From an uncultured Methanomassiliicoccales archaeon (GTDB lineage Archaea; Thermoplasmatota; Thermoplasmata; RBG-16-68-12; EA-27), in NCBI GenBank assembly GCA_964396265.1, contig CAYNEM010000005.1, positions 9,563 through 73,562 of the forward strand: a DNA stretch of 64,000 nucleotides, in the 5' to 3' direction. The position numbers and the translations under genes were made by a program. Below, piece after piece: positions 36,962 to 46,547 of this stretch. Positions within the stretch are counted from its first letter, which is position 1; every line of letters starts with the position of its first letter. The notes beneath the pieces were generated by a model, which was given only the letters and a program-made list of their open reading frames with translations, made no database searches and was not told the DNA's origin.

Positions 36962-37458
36962 ACGAACAGCGCCTGCGCCGCGACGACGTCCGCACGCGTC
37001 CGCGCTTTCGCGTACTCCGCGAGCGGGTCCGCATTCAGCGTCAGGAATTGTCCGCCCCACGAGAACTTCGAGAGGATGAGCTTCGCCTGCTGCTCGTGGC
37101 CGAGGATGAGGAGCGCCGCCGCCAAAGCCTCCACGCTCGACAAGACGAACGGCTTGCCGTAGTTCACGGGGTTCGCCGCCAAGAGGTAGGGGAGCGCGCG
37201 TTGGCGGTGGTTCGGGAGCTCCGGGAACGGCCCGCGCTTCCAGCTCGTGTCGATCACGCCGAGACCGCCGGATTCCGCCCTCGGGGCATCCTCGCGGGAG
37301 AGCGCGACCCCTGCCTCCGGATGGAGGATGAGGCCGCTCCGGGGCAGCAGGTGGACCTTCGCGTGCGAATCGATCAGTCCGAACCGCGCGAGCTTTTTCG
37401 ACGTGCACTTCTTCGGGTCGCACGCATCGAGATGCAGCGCGAAGAGCCTCACGTCCAC
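36958..37458 (-). CDS. tsr3: 16S rRNA aminocarboxypropyltransferase
   Basis: CDPKKCTSKKL, DTSW, RALPYLLAANPVNYGKP, LSSVEALAA. Confidence 0.93.
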   Translation of the reverse strand: MDVRLFALHLDACDPKKCTSKKLARFGLIDSHAKVHLLPRSGLILHPEAGVALSREDAPRAESGGLGVIDTSWKRGPFPELPNHRQRALPYLLAANPVNYGKPFVLSSVEALAAALLILGHEQQAKLILSKFSWGGQFLTLNADPLAEYAKARTRADVVAAQALFV

Positions 37459-37562
37459 GGACAGGACACGCGTCGGGAAAGCATTTAAATAGCGTCGCTC
37501 GTGTCTCCGCTCTTACCCTCGACGAAGTTCTGGACTTGAGGGGGGAAGGAGGAGGTAGGATC

Positions 37563-40500
37563 ATGCGTGGGGACAAGCCCCTGCGGTACGGGACGAGCGG
37601 ATGGCTGATTGTCGTGGCGATCGCAATTCTTGCGGTCGTCCTGGCGAGCGTTGCGCCCAGGGAGGCGCCCGCGAAGTCCTTGACGGAGATGCTGGCCTCG
37701 GGCGAATCGGTTCCGCTTCGCCCGCGAACGCTGAACGTGGACGCGCAGGAAATCGCGCACGAGTCCCTCACGGTCGAGGGCACCGTGTGGGACACGGGCG
37801 AACCGATGGGGAACCCCCTCGGGGATCCCGGGCCGGAGCCCCTGGACCCGCCCTTCGGGGCGGAGGTCAAGGCCCACCCGCTGAGCGCTGACCAGCAGAG
37901 GAACGTGAGCGTCGCCGGCGATGCGACCGGCGGGGTTCTCATCGCCGCCTATGATGAGCGAATCGGGACGAACCGGAACATCGTCATCGGGCGTTCGATC
38001 GACGGCGGGACCTCGTGGACACGGATTTCCGTGGCCTCCGCCGCCTATAACGAGTTCGCCCCCCGCGTCGTGTGGCACGGCGGGAACCGGTTCTACGTCT
38101 TCTACGCCATGGACGACGCCGCGACCCCGCGCGGGTTCCGCTATGCGGTGTCCACGAATGGAGGGTCGAGCTGGACCATTCAGGTCCTGAACTACGGCGC
38201 AGGGGCGCCGTTCCGGGACCTCCGGAATCCCGACGCCACGTACGGCGGAGGGTGGCTGTACGCGGTCTACGGGGTGAACTGTGACGTTGCGGGTGCTTGC
38301 GGTGGCATCGCCGCCCTTGCGACCGTCACGATCCTCTTCGACGCTGCGGGCGTGATCGTTCCCCCGTCGATCTACTTCCCGTTCGGCATCAACATCGTCC
38401 AGCCCGCGATCCACGCGAACCAAGACAAGACGATCTGGATCGGGGACATCGACGGGAGCGACCCAGGGATCTGCGGCGTGCCCGGCTCTCACGACGTGGT
38501 CTGGATGGACACCCAGACCGGCCTCAACACGGCCGCCTCGTGGGCCAATGCGTTCATCACGGGCGCGTGCAGCAACGACTTCGTCCGGGTCGACGCCTCG
38601 GGCTTCTGCCCAGGCTCCTGCCCACCGCCGACGCCGACGACTCTTTCCGTGTTCAGCATGCCCTACATGTTCATCGGAGGGATTTTCCCTAACCATGCCA
38701 TCGTGAACCTCTGGTCGGCGGACAGCGGTCTGTCCTGGACGCTGGACCTCATCGCGAGCGTGCCCGGGCTGGAACTGAAGGACCCCGCCGCGTTTGCGAA
38801 AGTCCCCTTGTTCCACGTGACCTTCTACCAAGCCGGTGATCTCTACTACACGTACACGCTCGACGTCACCATGGGCTGGGCTCCCCCGCTCAAGGTGAAC
38901 AGCAACTTCGGGAGCGTCGTGGACGGCTTCCGCGCGAACGACGTCACCTACGCGGGCGGCGTCCGCGTCTGCTGGGAGGACACCCGCGACGGCTCCTCCG
39001 ACATCTTCTGCTCGGACTTCTCGGGCTTCGCGTTCTACATCTTCGACAAGAACCCCCGTCAGGGGACGATTAGCATTGATGCGGCTCCGAACGCGGTGGC
39101 CACGGCGTTCCTGTGGGCGACGGGGGAGTTGCACACGGCCGAGTGCCCGACCCCTGATCCCGGCCTGCCCGGGGTCCAATACGTCTTCCAGCAGTGGTCC
39201 GACGCGGACACGAACCCGCTTAAGTCTCTGACCGTCGGGAGCATCGACGTCACCTTGGTTTGCATCTACACGACGCAGTACTTCCTCGACATCAGCGCAA
39301 CGATCGGCACGACGACGCCGACCAGCGGATACTTCGCGGCCGGCGCCGCGGTCCAAATCGAATGGCTTCCGCCGCCGCCAGGCTCCTGCGTCCGCTACTC
39401 CTTTGGCGGCTGGACGGGCAGCGGTGCGGGCTCGTACTTCGGACCTGCCAACCCGGCCTCCATCACGATGAACGGGCCGATCCAGCAGGTCGCCGACGCG
39501 GCGCGCGAGTTCTGCTTCAACCTTTACACGAGCCCGACGGACCTCCTCATCTCGATCGACGCAGGCCCGAACATCCTCGCTCCCCAGTTGGTCTGGTGGG
39601 CAGAGGGGTCCGTGCACTCGGTGAACGCGGTCACCCCGCAATCGCCCGGCAGCCCGGATCAGCGCTTTATGTTCGCGAACTGGCTCGACGGCCCCACGAC
39701 GAACCCGCGGTCCTTCACCGCGGTCGCCGGCGCGAACTACACGGCGGTCTACAACCTGGAGTACCAACTGCGAGTCACGCCAACCCCGTCGGATTGCGAC
39801 TTCATCGTGGACTCCACGACCTACCCGGGCGCCCAGACCCTCTGGTTCCTGCGCGACACGTCCCACAACGTGGACGTGCCCGTGCCGCAGCTGATCACCG
39901 CGGACACGCGCTATCAGTTCGGCTCGTGGTCCGACGCCGGCGCGAGGAGCCACGCGGTCACCCTGAGCATCCCACTGACGCTGGACCTGACGTGCACGAC
40001 GGAATACCGCCACATCATCGACACGAGCCCGACAGGCCTCCTCATCTCGATTGACGCCGGACCCGGCGTCCCCGCCTCCCAGACCGTGTGGTGGATCTCC
40101 GGCTCGATCCACTCGGTGAGCTTCACGTCCCCGCAGTCCGTCGGCCCCGACTCGCGCCGCATCTTCCTGCAGTGGTCCGATGCGTCGACGAACAACCCGC
40201 GCACGTTCTCCGTGTCCGGGCCTGCATCGCTCACGATCCAGACCACGCTCGAGCACCGCATCCGCTTCGCGACCGTGCCGGCAACCGTCGCCATCACGAT
40301 CCTCGTGAACGGGAACCCGATCACGGCACCGGGCGAGGCCTGGCTGCCGCAGGGCGTTCCGGCGACGATCGAAGCCTCGACCCCGTCGCCAGACCCGACC
40401 GACCCGACGGGCACGCGGTACGTCTACCAGACCTGGTCTGACGCGGGCGCGCGGCTGCACACGATCGGCGTCGCGGCACCGGCCACCTACACGGCGACCT

Positions 40501-42095
40501 ACGGGACGGAGTACTACCTGGACGTCATCAGCCCGTACGCCAACACCGTCGGCGAAACATGGTACGCCGCAGGCTCCACCGCGTTCGCAGGCGTGGACAT
40601 GAGCCCGATCGCAGGTCCCACGGACACGCAGTACGTCTTCGTCCAGTGGACCGGCGACGCGACCGGCTTCACCTACAGCCTGTCCAACGCGATCACGATG
40701 AACGGGCCGAAGACGGCGACCGCCTCGTGGAAGACCCAGTACCGGCTCACGGTCGTTTCCGCCTACGGAACCCCGTCGGGCGCGGGATGGCACGACGCGG
40801 GCTCGAGCCCGACGGCAAGCGTGACGCCGACGACGGTCCCCGGCGTCGCCGAGACCCGATACGTGTTCGTCCAATGGACGGGCGGAGCATCGGGCACGGG
40901 CGGGACATCGAACCCGATCCTCATGGACGCGCCGAAGACCGCGACCGCCTCGTGGAAGACCCAGTACCACGTGACGCTGCCTACGGCCCCACCCGCGGGC
41001 GTCACGACTTCGTGCAGCGTGTCGGACTGCTGGTTCGACGCGGGCTTCAGCGCTGCGACGGTGAGCGCCAGCACAGGCGCCATCGAGAGCGTGCCCGGGC
41101 TGACGCGCCTCGGGTTCATCTCATGGACGGGGGCTGCGGGCGGAGGAAGCTTCTCGCAGTCGAGCCCGTTCACGATCGACGCGCCGAAGACGGTGGGCTG
41201 GGACTGGCAGACGCAGCACAAGCTGACGATCACCAGCGACGTCGCAGGCGGCGTAGGGGAATCGTCCTTGGACGGCTGGTACGTGCAGGGTTCGATTGCG
41301 ACCCTCACCGCCACGGACGAGTTCCCCGACCCGACCTCGCCCACGAACACGCGCTACCTGTTCCTCTTGTGGACTGGTGCCTCCCCCGCCAACTCGCTCG
41401 TCGCCACCGTGACGATGGATACTCCGAAGTCCGTGAACGCGGACTGGCAGCGGCAGTACCTGGTGACCGTGACGACGGACCCGGCGACGATCACGACGCA
41501 GCCGACGCTCGACGGAGGATCGGATTGTCAGTCGGTCTCGGGAGACTACTGGTGCAACGACGGCGCGAGCGTTGTCGTCTCCATCGCCGCAGAGCTCCAG
41601 AGCAGCGGCAAGACGTTCAAGTTCGTCTCGTGGAGCGGCGTGACGAGCACGAGCTTCACCGTGTCCGAGCCCCTCGACATCGTGGCGACCTTCCGCGAGG
41701 CCGGCCTGCTCGAGAACGTGGCCGTCCTTGGCGGCATCATCGGCATCATCGTGGCGGCGATCTTGATCGCCCTCTTCCTCCTTTGGAAGCGCAAGAAGGA
41801 GCCCGAAGAGCCTGCCCCGCCGGTCGCGGGAGCCCCGCCGGCCCCTGGCGGAGAGATGCCCCCGCCGCCGCCGGGCGCGGCCATGCCGGGCGGAGCGACG
41901 ATGGAGTGTCCCTCGTGCGGCCTGACGATCGAGGCGAGGTCCGGACCGTGCCCCATCTGCGGCGCGGAGGTCGTCGCCCCCGAAGTCCCCGCGAAGGACG
42001 AGCGTGTCACGCGCCTCGAGGAGGCGTACAGGAGCGGGCGCATCAGCAAGGAGCAGTACCAGGCGAACATGAAGAAGATGCGCGGGAACACATAG
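37563..42095 (+). CDS. large cell-surface protein: BNR/Asp-box propeller, InlB B-repeat-like stalk, TM anchor, cytoplasmic zinc ribbon + SHOCT-like
   Basis: Signal peptide; Asp-boxes SIDGGTSW, STNGGSSW, SADSGLSW; repeats YVFxxWS/TG...TMxxPKTATASW; TM; CPSC..CPIC; LEEAYRSGRISKEQY. Confidence 0.88.
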   Translation: MRGDKPLRYGTSGWLIVVAIAILAVVLASVAPREAPAKSLTEMLASGESVPLRPRTLNVDAQEIAHESLTVEGTVWDTGEPMGNPLGDPGPEPLDPPFGAEVKAHPLSADQQRNVSVAGDATGGVLIAAYDERIGTNRNIVIGRSIDGGTSWTRISVASAAYNEFAPRVVWHGGNRFYVFYAMDDAATPRGFRYAVSTNGGSSWTIQVLNYGAGAPFRDLRNPDATYGGGWLYAVYGVNCDVAGACGGIAALATVTILFDAAGVIVPPSIYFPFGINIVQPAIHANQDKTIWIGDIDGSDPGICGVPGSHDVVWMDTQTGLNTAASWANAFITGACSNDFVRVDASGFCPGSCPPPTPTTLSVFSMPYMFIGGIFPNHAIVNLWSADSGLSWTLDLIASVPGLELKDPAAFAKVPLFHVTFYQAGDLYYTYTLDVTMGWAPPLKVNSNFGSVVDGFRANDVTYAGGVRVCWEDTRDGSSDIFCSDFSGFAFYIFDKNPRQGTISIDAAPNAVATAFLWATGELHTAECPTPDPGLPGVQYVFQQWSDADTNPLKSLTVGSIDVTLVCIYTTQYFLDISATIGTTTPTSGYFAAGAAVQIEWLPPPPGSCVRYSFGGWTGSGAGSYFGPANPASITMNGPIQQVADAAREFCFNLYTSPTDLLISIDAGPNILAPQLVWWAEGSVHSVNAVTPQSPGSPDQRFMFANWLDGPTTNPRSFTAVAGANYTAVYNLEYQLRVTPTPSDCDFIVDSTTYPGAQTLWFLRDTSHNVDVPVPQLITADTRYQFGSWSDAGARSHAVTLSIPLTLDLTCTTEYRHIIDTSPTGLLISIDAGPGVPASQTVWWISGSIHSVSFTSPQSVGPDSRRIFLQWSDASTNNPRTFSVSGPASLTIQTTLEHRIRFATVPATVAITILVNGNPITAPGEAWLPQGVPATIEASTPSPDPTDPTGTRYVYQTWSDAGARLHTIGVAAPATYTATYGTEYYLDVISPYANTVGETWYAAGSTAFAGVDMSPIAGPTDTQYVFVQWTGDATGFTYSLSNAITMNGPKTATASWKTQYRLTVVSAYGTPSGAGWHDAGSSPTASVTPTTVPGVAETRYVFVQWTGGASGTGGTSNPILMDAPKTATASWKTQYHVTLPTAPPAGVTTSCSVSDCWFDAGFSAATVSASTGAIESVPGLTRLGFISWTGAAGGGSFSQSSPFTIDAPKTVGWDWQTQHKLTITSDVAGGVGESSLDGWYVQGSIATLTATDEFPDPTSPTNTRYLFLLWTGASPANSLVATVTMDTPKSVNADWQRQYLVTVTTDPATITTQPTLDGGSDCQSVSGDYWCNDGASVVVSIAAELQSSGKTFKFVSWSGVTSTSFTVSEPLDIVATFREAGLLENVAVLGGIIGIIVAAILIALFLLWKRKKEPEEPAPPVAGAPPAPGGEMPPPPPGAAMPGGATMECPSCGLTIEARSGPCPICGAEVVAPEVPAKDERVTRLEEAYRSGRISKEQYQANMKKMRGNT

Positions 42096-42250
42096 GCGGG
42101 TCCCCCGCCAAAGCCCTTATGGGCCAGCGGAGCGTATCGAAGCCGCCGCCGTGATGTCGCAAACGACGCTGACCCGTGATGTGTGATGGGCGAGCTGAGC
42201 GGCCGGAGTTTCCTTATAGCCGGACCCCGATGCGGACGCGGGATGCACTC

Positions 42251-42703
42251 ATGGCGAGCGGATTCGAAGTCTTAGGGAACTCTCGCGCGCTCCAGGCGCA
42301 CTGGCTGCGGCGGCTGGGCGCCTATGCGATCGACCTCTTCGTGGTCCTCGTGCCGACGTGGATCGTCCTCACGTTCTTCGGAGCCGGAGAGGTGATCTTC
42401 CTTTCCCTGGTGGCCGGGGTCGTGTTCGTCGTCTACGGCACGACCGCGGAGATGCTCGCGGGGAAGACGCTCGGAAAGCATGCGCTCGGCCTCGAGGTCC
42501 GCTGCCTCCGGGGTCCGATGACGGTGCGGAAGGCCGCGGCAAGGAACGCGCCGAAGTTCTTCTGGTACATCTTCCCGCTCCTCGACCTGCTCTTGGCGCT
42601 CGTCGGCTCCGGAGATCCCCGGCAGCGATTCACGGACCGCGCCCTGGGCACCACCGTGGTGTGGCGCGAGATGGCGCCGATTCCGAACGTCGCCCCGAGC
42701 TGA
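42251..42703 (+). CDS. RDD family membrane protein
   Basis: RRLGAYAID...GKTLGK...RN...QRFTDRALGTTVV. Confidence 0.9.
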   Translation: MASGFEVLGNSRALQAHWLRRLGAYAIDLFVVLVPTWIVLTFFGAGEVIFLSLVAGVVFVVYGTTAEMLAGKTLGKHALGLEVRCLRGPMTVRKAAARNAPKFFWYIFPLLDLLLALVGSGDPRQRFTDRALGTTVVWREMAPIPNVAPS

Positions 42704-42766
42704 AGACCCCCTGCGGAAACAAGACGCCGCCAATCGTTAAATACGCACCTGGGAATCGGGCGGACG

Positions 42767-43021
42767 ATGCTGTTCATCTGCCAGCTGCGGATCATCCCGG
42801 GCGAGCTCGAAGAGGCGACCCGGTTGTTCCGCCACCCCAAGATCCCGAACAACGTGATGATCCACGAGTTCCTCGGCCTCCTGGGGAAGCCGGACGCGAT
42901 CGTGATCTTCGAGGCCCCCGACGCCGTCACGGCTGCGGACTTCGTCGTCCAGTTCGGACGGGCCACGGAGGCGACGACATCCCTCGCGCTCCCGATCGAA
43001 GAATTCAAGTGGACCTGGTGA
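42767..43021 (+). CDS. GYD-domain-like small ferredoxin-fold protein
   Basis: LLGKPDAIVIFEAPD...ATTSLALPIEEF. Confidence 0.7.
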   Translation: MLFICQLRIIPGELEEATRLFRHPKIPNNVMIHEFLGLLGKPDAIVIFEAPDAVTAADFVVQFGRATEATTSLALPIEEFKWTW

Positions 43022-43055
43022 GCCGGTCGTTCGGCCGGGCAATGGGCCGCAGGGG

Positions 43056-43202
43056 CTAGGCTGGTCTCGACTGTTCCGGGGGCGACGGCGGGACCGCACC
43101 CTTCCTCTTGCGCCACAGAAGATACGTCAGCACGGCGAGCCAGAGCCCCTCGAGGACGATGATTCCCAGGACCGCGATCACGACGGCCTCCCCTGCCGCC
43201 AT
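43056..43202 (-). CDS. 48-aa single-TM small protein
   Basis: Own translation MAAGEAVVIAVLGIIVLEGLWLAVLTYLLWRKRKGAVPPSPPEQSRPA*; below ORF-track length cutoff. Confidence 0.6.
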   Translation of the reverse strand: MAAGEAVVIAVLGIIVLEGLWLAVLTYLLWRKRKGAVPPSPPEQSRPA

Positions 43203-43234
43203 CCTTCACATCCCCCCGGAAAGGCGGACGTCGT

Positions 43235-43678
43235 TCATGTCATCCACTCGTCCCGGTCCATGAGCGTCGACTTCCAGAACAGCAAGAGCACGTACGCCCG
43301 GCCGGGGGCGGTCTGAACCTGGACGGTGTCGCCTTCCGTGATCGTGCCGCCGCCGTCGAGGTCCACGTACGTGACGTTCCCCGCCGTCCCGGCGGCCACC
43401 GGGCTCATCGTGCTCGCCTCGTCCACGGAGCCGTCGACCCACAGGCGGACCTGGAAGGCCGACATCGGGCGGACGTCTGCAGCGCTCACATAGAAGTCGG
43501 ACTGACCCGCTGGGTTTCCTATGTTGGTGAGGAGGACGCGTGGGGGGACTTCCTCGGCACCCTGGGTCATGTTCGCCACGACTATGTACAGGACGCTCGT
43601 CAGGACGACCGTGATCCCTACGAGCAGGATGATCGCGACTATCTCGGAGATGCCGGATTCCGATCGAGGATCGCGCAT
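43235..43678 (-). CDS. archaeal type IV pilin (probable minor pilin)
   Basis: Class III signal SG|ISEIVAIILLVGITVVL. Confidence 0.88.
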   Translation of the reverse strand: MRDPRSESGISEIVAIILLVGITVVLTSVLYIVVANMTQGAEEVPPRVLLTNIGNPAGQSDFYVSAADVRPMSAFQVRLWVDGSVDEASTMSPVAAGTAGNVTYVDLDGGGTITEGDTVQVQTAPGRAYVLLLFWKSTLMDRDEWMT

Positions 43679-43695
43679 TTCGCTCGAGGTTCGTT

Positions 43696-43731
43696 CAGAA
43701 AAGAGGAAGATGGGGGCCCCGAAGGGCCCCC
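43696..43731 (-). terminator. hairpin terminator/stabiliser after the first pilin gene
   Basis: Minus strand GGGGGCCC-TTCG-GGGCCCCC followed by ATCTTCCTCTTTTCT. Confidence 0.75.
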
Positions 43732-43744
43732 GGTTAGGTGCACC

Positions 43745-44230
43745 TTAGGTCGAGTAGTCCCGGGCGCCGCAGGAGCTGCCGTCAGACCACAGAAGGGTCA
43801 CGACGTAGTCCGTGGCCGTGCGAAGGCCGCCGACGCGGGTCACGCGGAGAATATCGCCGCCGGTGAGGTCACCCTCGCCGCCGAGATCGCTCCAAACGAT
43901 CGTGTACGTGTCCGCGCCGCTCACGAAGTCATTCGACGCATCCAAGACTTGCGCGGTGCCCGCCGTCGTCCCGTTCACCGAGAACGCGACGCGGAAGTTT
44001 GCCGCTGCCTTCGTCAAGGTCACGCCCGCGACCTGGAACTCATACCCGTTCGTGATCACGGAGACTGAGCCAAACGTGGCCCGGGGGATCGTCGCGCCGG
44101 GACCGGACAGCAGTCCGGTGACCATCACGTACAGCACAGCCGCCAACACCACGGTGATGGCTACCATCAGAATGGTAGCTATCACCGGAGACACACCCTT
44201 CTCATCCTTCCGGATGATCGGTCGCTTCAT
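43745..44230 (-). CDS. archaeal type IV pilin (probable major pilin)
   Basis: Class III signal DEKG|VSPVIATILMVAITVVLAAVLY; RBS GAGGA. Confidence 0.92.
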   Translation of the reverse strand: MKRPIIRKDEKGVSPVIATILMVAITVVLAAVLYVMVTGLLSGPGATIPRATFGSVSVITNGYEFQVAGVTLTKAAANFRVAFSVNGTTAGTAQVLDASNDFVSGADTYTIVWSDLGGEGDLTGGDILRVTRVGGLRTATDYVVTLLWSDGSSCGARDYST

Positions 44231-44339
44231 GTTTAGTCCTCTGGTGGGGTTTCCACCGACCCGTCCAAGCGGACGAATTCCGCATAAACGTTTCGGCCCG
44301 AATATCAGGGCGGAAAGGCCCTCCGGTCGGGCATCCACG

Positions 44340-45083
44340 TCACTCGATCTGGATGCCCTGCTTGGTCAGGGACATGGGGTGGATCCCCGTCTTCTCCGGG
44401 TGGTTCCGGACCTTGCGAATCACGAGGTTCCGCTTGAACTCGTTGCCGTCCCGGATCCGCTCAAGCTCGAAGATGCAGTCCACGATCGCCTCGACGCCGG
44501 ACTGGACGCTCGGGTCGTGGACCCCGCTGAGCATCGTGAGCAAGGCCAGTCCCTCGGACCGTTGCGTGTGCGCCTTGATCGTCCGGAGAGAGGAGAGCAC
44601 GTCGGTGGGGGAGTACGACTCGAGGAAGAAGTCGAGCGCGTCCACGACGAGCCGGAAGGGCGACCGGAGCTGGCTCGTCTCGTACGCCAGGGTCGTGAGG
44701 AAGTTCACCTCGCGCTTCGTCCCGGCCGCAACCGCGTGGAGCTCTTGGAGGTCCTTGATCGTGACGCCCTCCTGGCGGTAGCGGCTCGCCTCCAGGCGGC
44801 GCGCGAGGACCGCCTCGTAATACTGGTTCCCGATGTTCACGATCGTGACGTCCGCGGTCCAGCCGAAGTCATGCATCGTGTTCACGATGTCCTCGTCGCG
44901 CTCCGCGGTCGTGAAGTAGACGACGGCCTCGTCCTTTGCGCCGGCGCCTGCGAACTGCTTCGCGAACAGCTCGAGGCCCGACCCCGGCATCCCGGAGACG
45001 AGGACCGTCGACCCCATCGGGAGGCCGTCCATCAGCTTCGCGTCGAGCGCGGCGATACCCGTGGAGCCCGCGCTAGCTGCCAC
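44340..45083 (-). CDS. KaiC-like/RAD55 ATPase with degenerate Walker A
   Basis: STGIAALD, GMPGSGLE (no Lys), LVVDA, RNLVIRKVR. Confidence 0.85.
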   Translation of the reverse strand: MAASAGSTGIAALDAKLMDGLPMGSTVLVSGMPGSGLELFAKQFAGAGAKDEAVVYFTTAERDEDIVNTMHDFGWTADVTIVNIGNQYYEAVLARRLEASRYRQEGVTIKDLQELHAVAAGTKREVNFLTTLAYETSQLRSPFRLVVDALDFFLESYSPTDVLSSLRTIKAHTQRSEGLALLTMLSGVHDPSVQSGVEAIVDCIFELERIRDGNEFKRNLVIRKVRNHPEKTGIHPMSLTKQGIQIE

Positions 45084-45651
45084 CGGCGCCCTCCACAACG
45101 ATCGTCTCGTCGCACACGAGGTTCAGCATGGTCCGGATCTCGTCCGTCTCGTATTGCTCCATGGAGAACACGATCGTGTAGCAGTTCTTGCTCCGAAGGT
45201 TGCTCACGAGGATGTGGAGGAACTCGCTCAGGATCTTCGTGTTGTTGTGGATCGCGAGGCTGTTGATGCTGTCGAGGACGATGACGTTGCCGCGCTCCTT
45301 CGTCTTCCGGATGAGATACTCGACCTTCAGCATGATGTTCTCGAGCATCGTCGGGGACTCGACGTGGATGGAATGGGCGTGCTTCTCCGACCCGCTCCCG
45401 CTCATCATGATCTGCGAGATGCAATCGACGAACCAGATGTGATCCATCGGGATCTCGAGGACCTCGAGAGCGTTGATGATCGAGCGCGCCGGGATCGTGC
45501 TCGTCACGTACAGGACGTCGAGGTCCTTCTGCGGTGCGAACACGTCGAGGATGTCGCGGATGGCATCGAAGTACTGGTCCGCCCCCATGCGGAGGGCCAC
45601 CGCACCTCCCTCGGGCAGCTCCATGAGCTTGTCCCTCAGCCGCCCCGCCAT
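45073..45651 (-). CDS. inactivated KaiC/RecA-fold protein
   Basis: LYVTSTIP, WFVDCIS, IVLDSINSL; no P-loop. Confidence 0.75.
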   Translation of the reverse strand: MAGRLRDKLMELPEGGAVALRMGADQYFDAIRDILDVFAPQKDLDVLYVTSTIPARSIINALEVLEIPMDHIWFVDCISQIMMSGSGSEKHAHSIHVESPTMLENIMLKVEYLIRKTKERGNVIVLDSINSLAIHNNTKILSEFLHILVSNLRSKNCYTIVFSMEQYETDEIRTMLNLVCDETIVVEGAGGS

Positions 45652-46428
45652 CTACGCGCCTCCGGCGGCGACGCTCCCGCCCTTGAGCAGGGGGACGAGG
45701 AGGACGCCGGTCGTCGTCAGGTCCAAGACGTACTTCGCGCGGGAGTGCTGCGTCCCCCGCATCTTGACGACCTGCAACGTCCGCAGGAGGTCGCCGCGCC
45801 GCTCGAGGTTGCCCATGACCACGATGCCGTCGGCGATCGCCTCCTCCACCCCGTAGGTCGAGTACCGTTCCCCGGTCGGCGCGATCTCGGACACCAGGAG
45901 CGTCGTGCAGCCCAGATTGGAGAGGATCGACCCGAGCTTCAGGACGAACTCGCGCATGATCTCCTCGGACTTCAGGCGGTACGAGACCGACGTCACGGAG
46001 TCGATGACGAGGCGACTGACCTTCATCTCCTTCACGAGGCTGACGACCGCGTCGATGAGGATGTGGATCTCCTCGTAATGGAACTCCGGCTGGTCCAGCC
46101 CGAGCCGCTCATAGATCACGGGGATGTCGATGAAGTGCAGGCGACCCTCCTTGATGAGGCGTTCGTCGAAGAAGTCGTACGGGATGATGTTCGTGAGGAG
46201 CTTGGCCGTGGACTCCGTGACGGAGATGAACAGGCTCGTCTCGCCGGCCAAGGCACCGTGGACGAGGAACTCGATGCACAACGACGTCTTGCCCGTCCCG
46301 ATGGAGCCCGTGATGAGGACCGTGTTGCCTCGGGGGATGCCGCCGTCGAGGATGTTGTCCAGGCCGTCGATCCCGGTCACGCACCGGGCGACGCGCTCGT
46401 GCGCGGCCTCCCGCTCCTTTGCGGGCAC
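45652..46428 (-). CDS. KaiC-like/RAD55 ATPase
   Basis: TGIDGLDNILDGG, GSIGTGKT, LVIDS, RTLQVVKMRGT; start estimated. Confidence 0.92.
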   Translation of the reverse strand: MPAKEREAAHERVARCVTGIDGLDNILDGGIPRGNTVLITGSIGTGKTSLCIEFLVHGALAGETSLFISVTESTAKLLTNIIPYDFFDERLIKEGRLHFIDIPVIYERLGLDQPEFHYEEIHILIDAVVSLVKEMKVSRLVIDSVTSVSYRLKSEEIMREFVLKLGSILSNLGCTTLLVSEIAPTGERYSTYGVEEAIADGIVVMGNLERRGDLLRTLQVVKMRGTQHSRAKYVLDLTTTGVLLVPLLKGGSVAAGGA

Positions 46429-46547
46429 GGGCGGTCGAAAGGTGCCGCTCGTATTTGAACCGTTCTGGACGATTCCCGTGGAGTGGCGCCATGGAATCGT
46501 CATCGGGACGATACGTTCTTATGGAGACCTCCGCGTATTCAGCGGCG

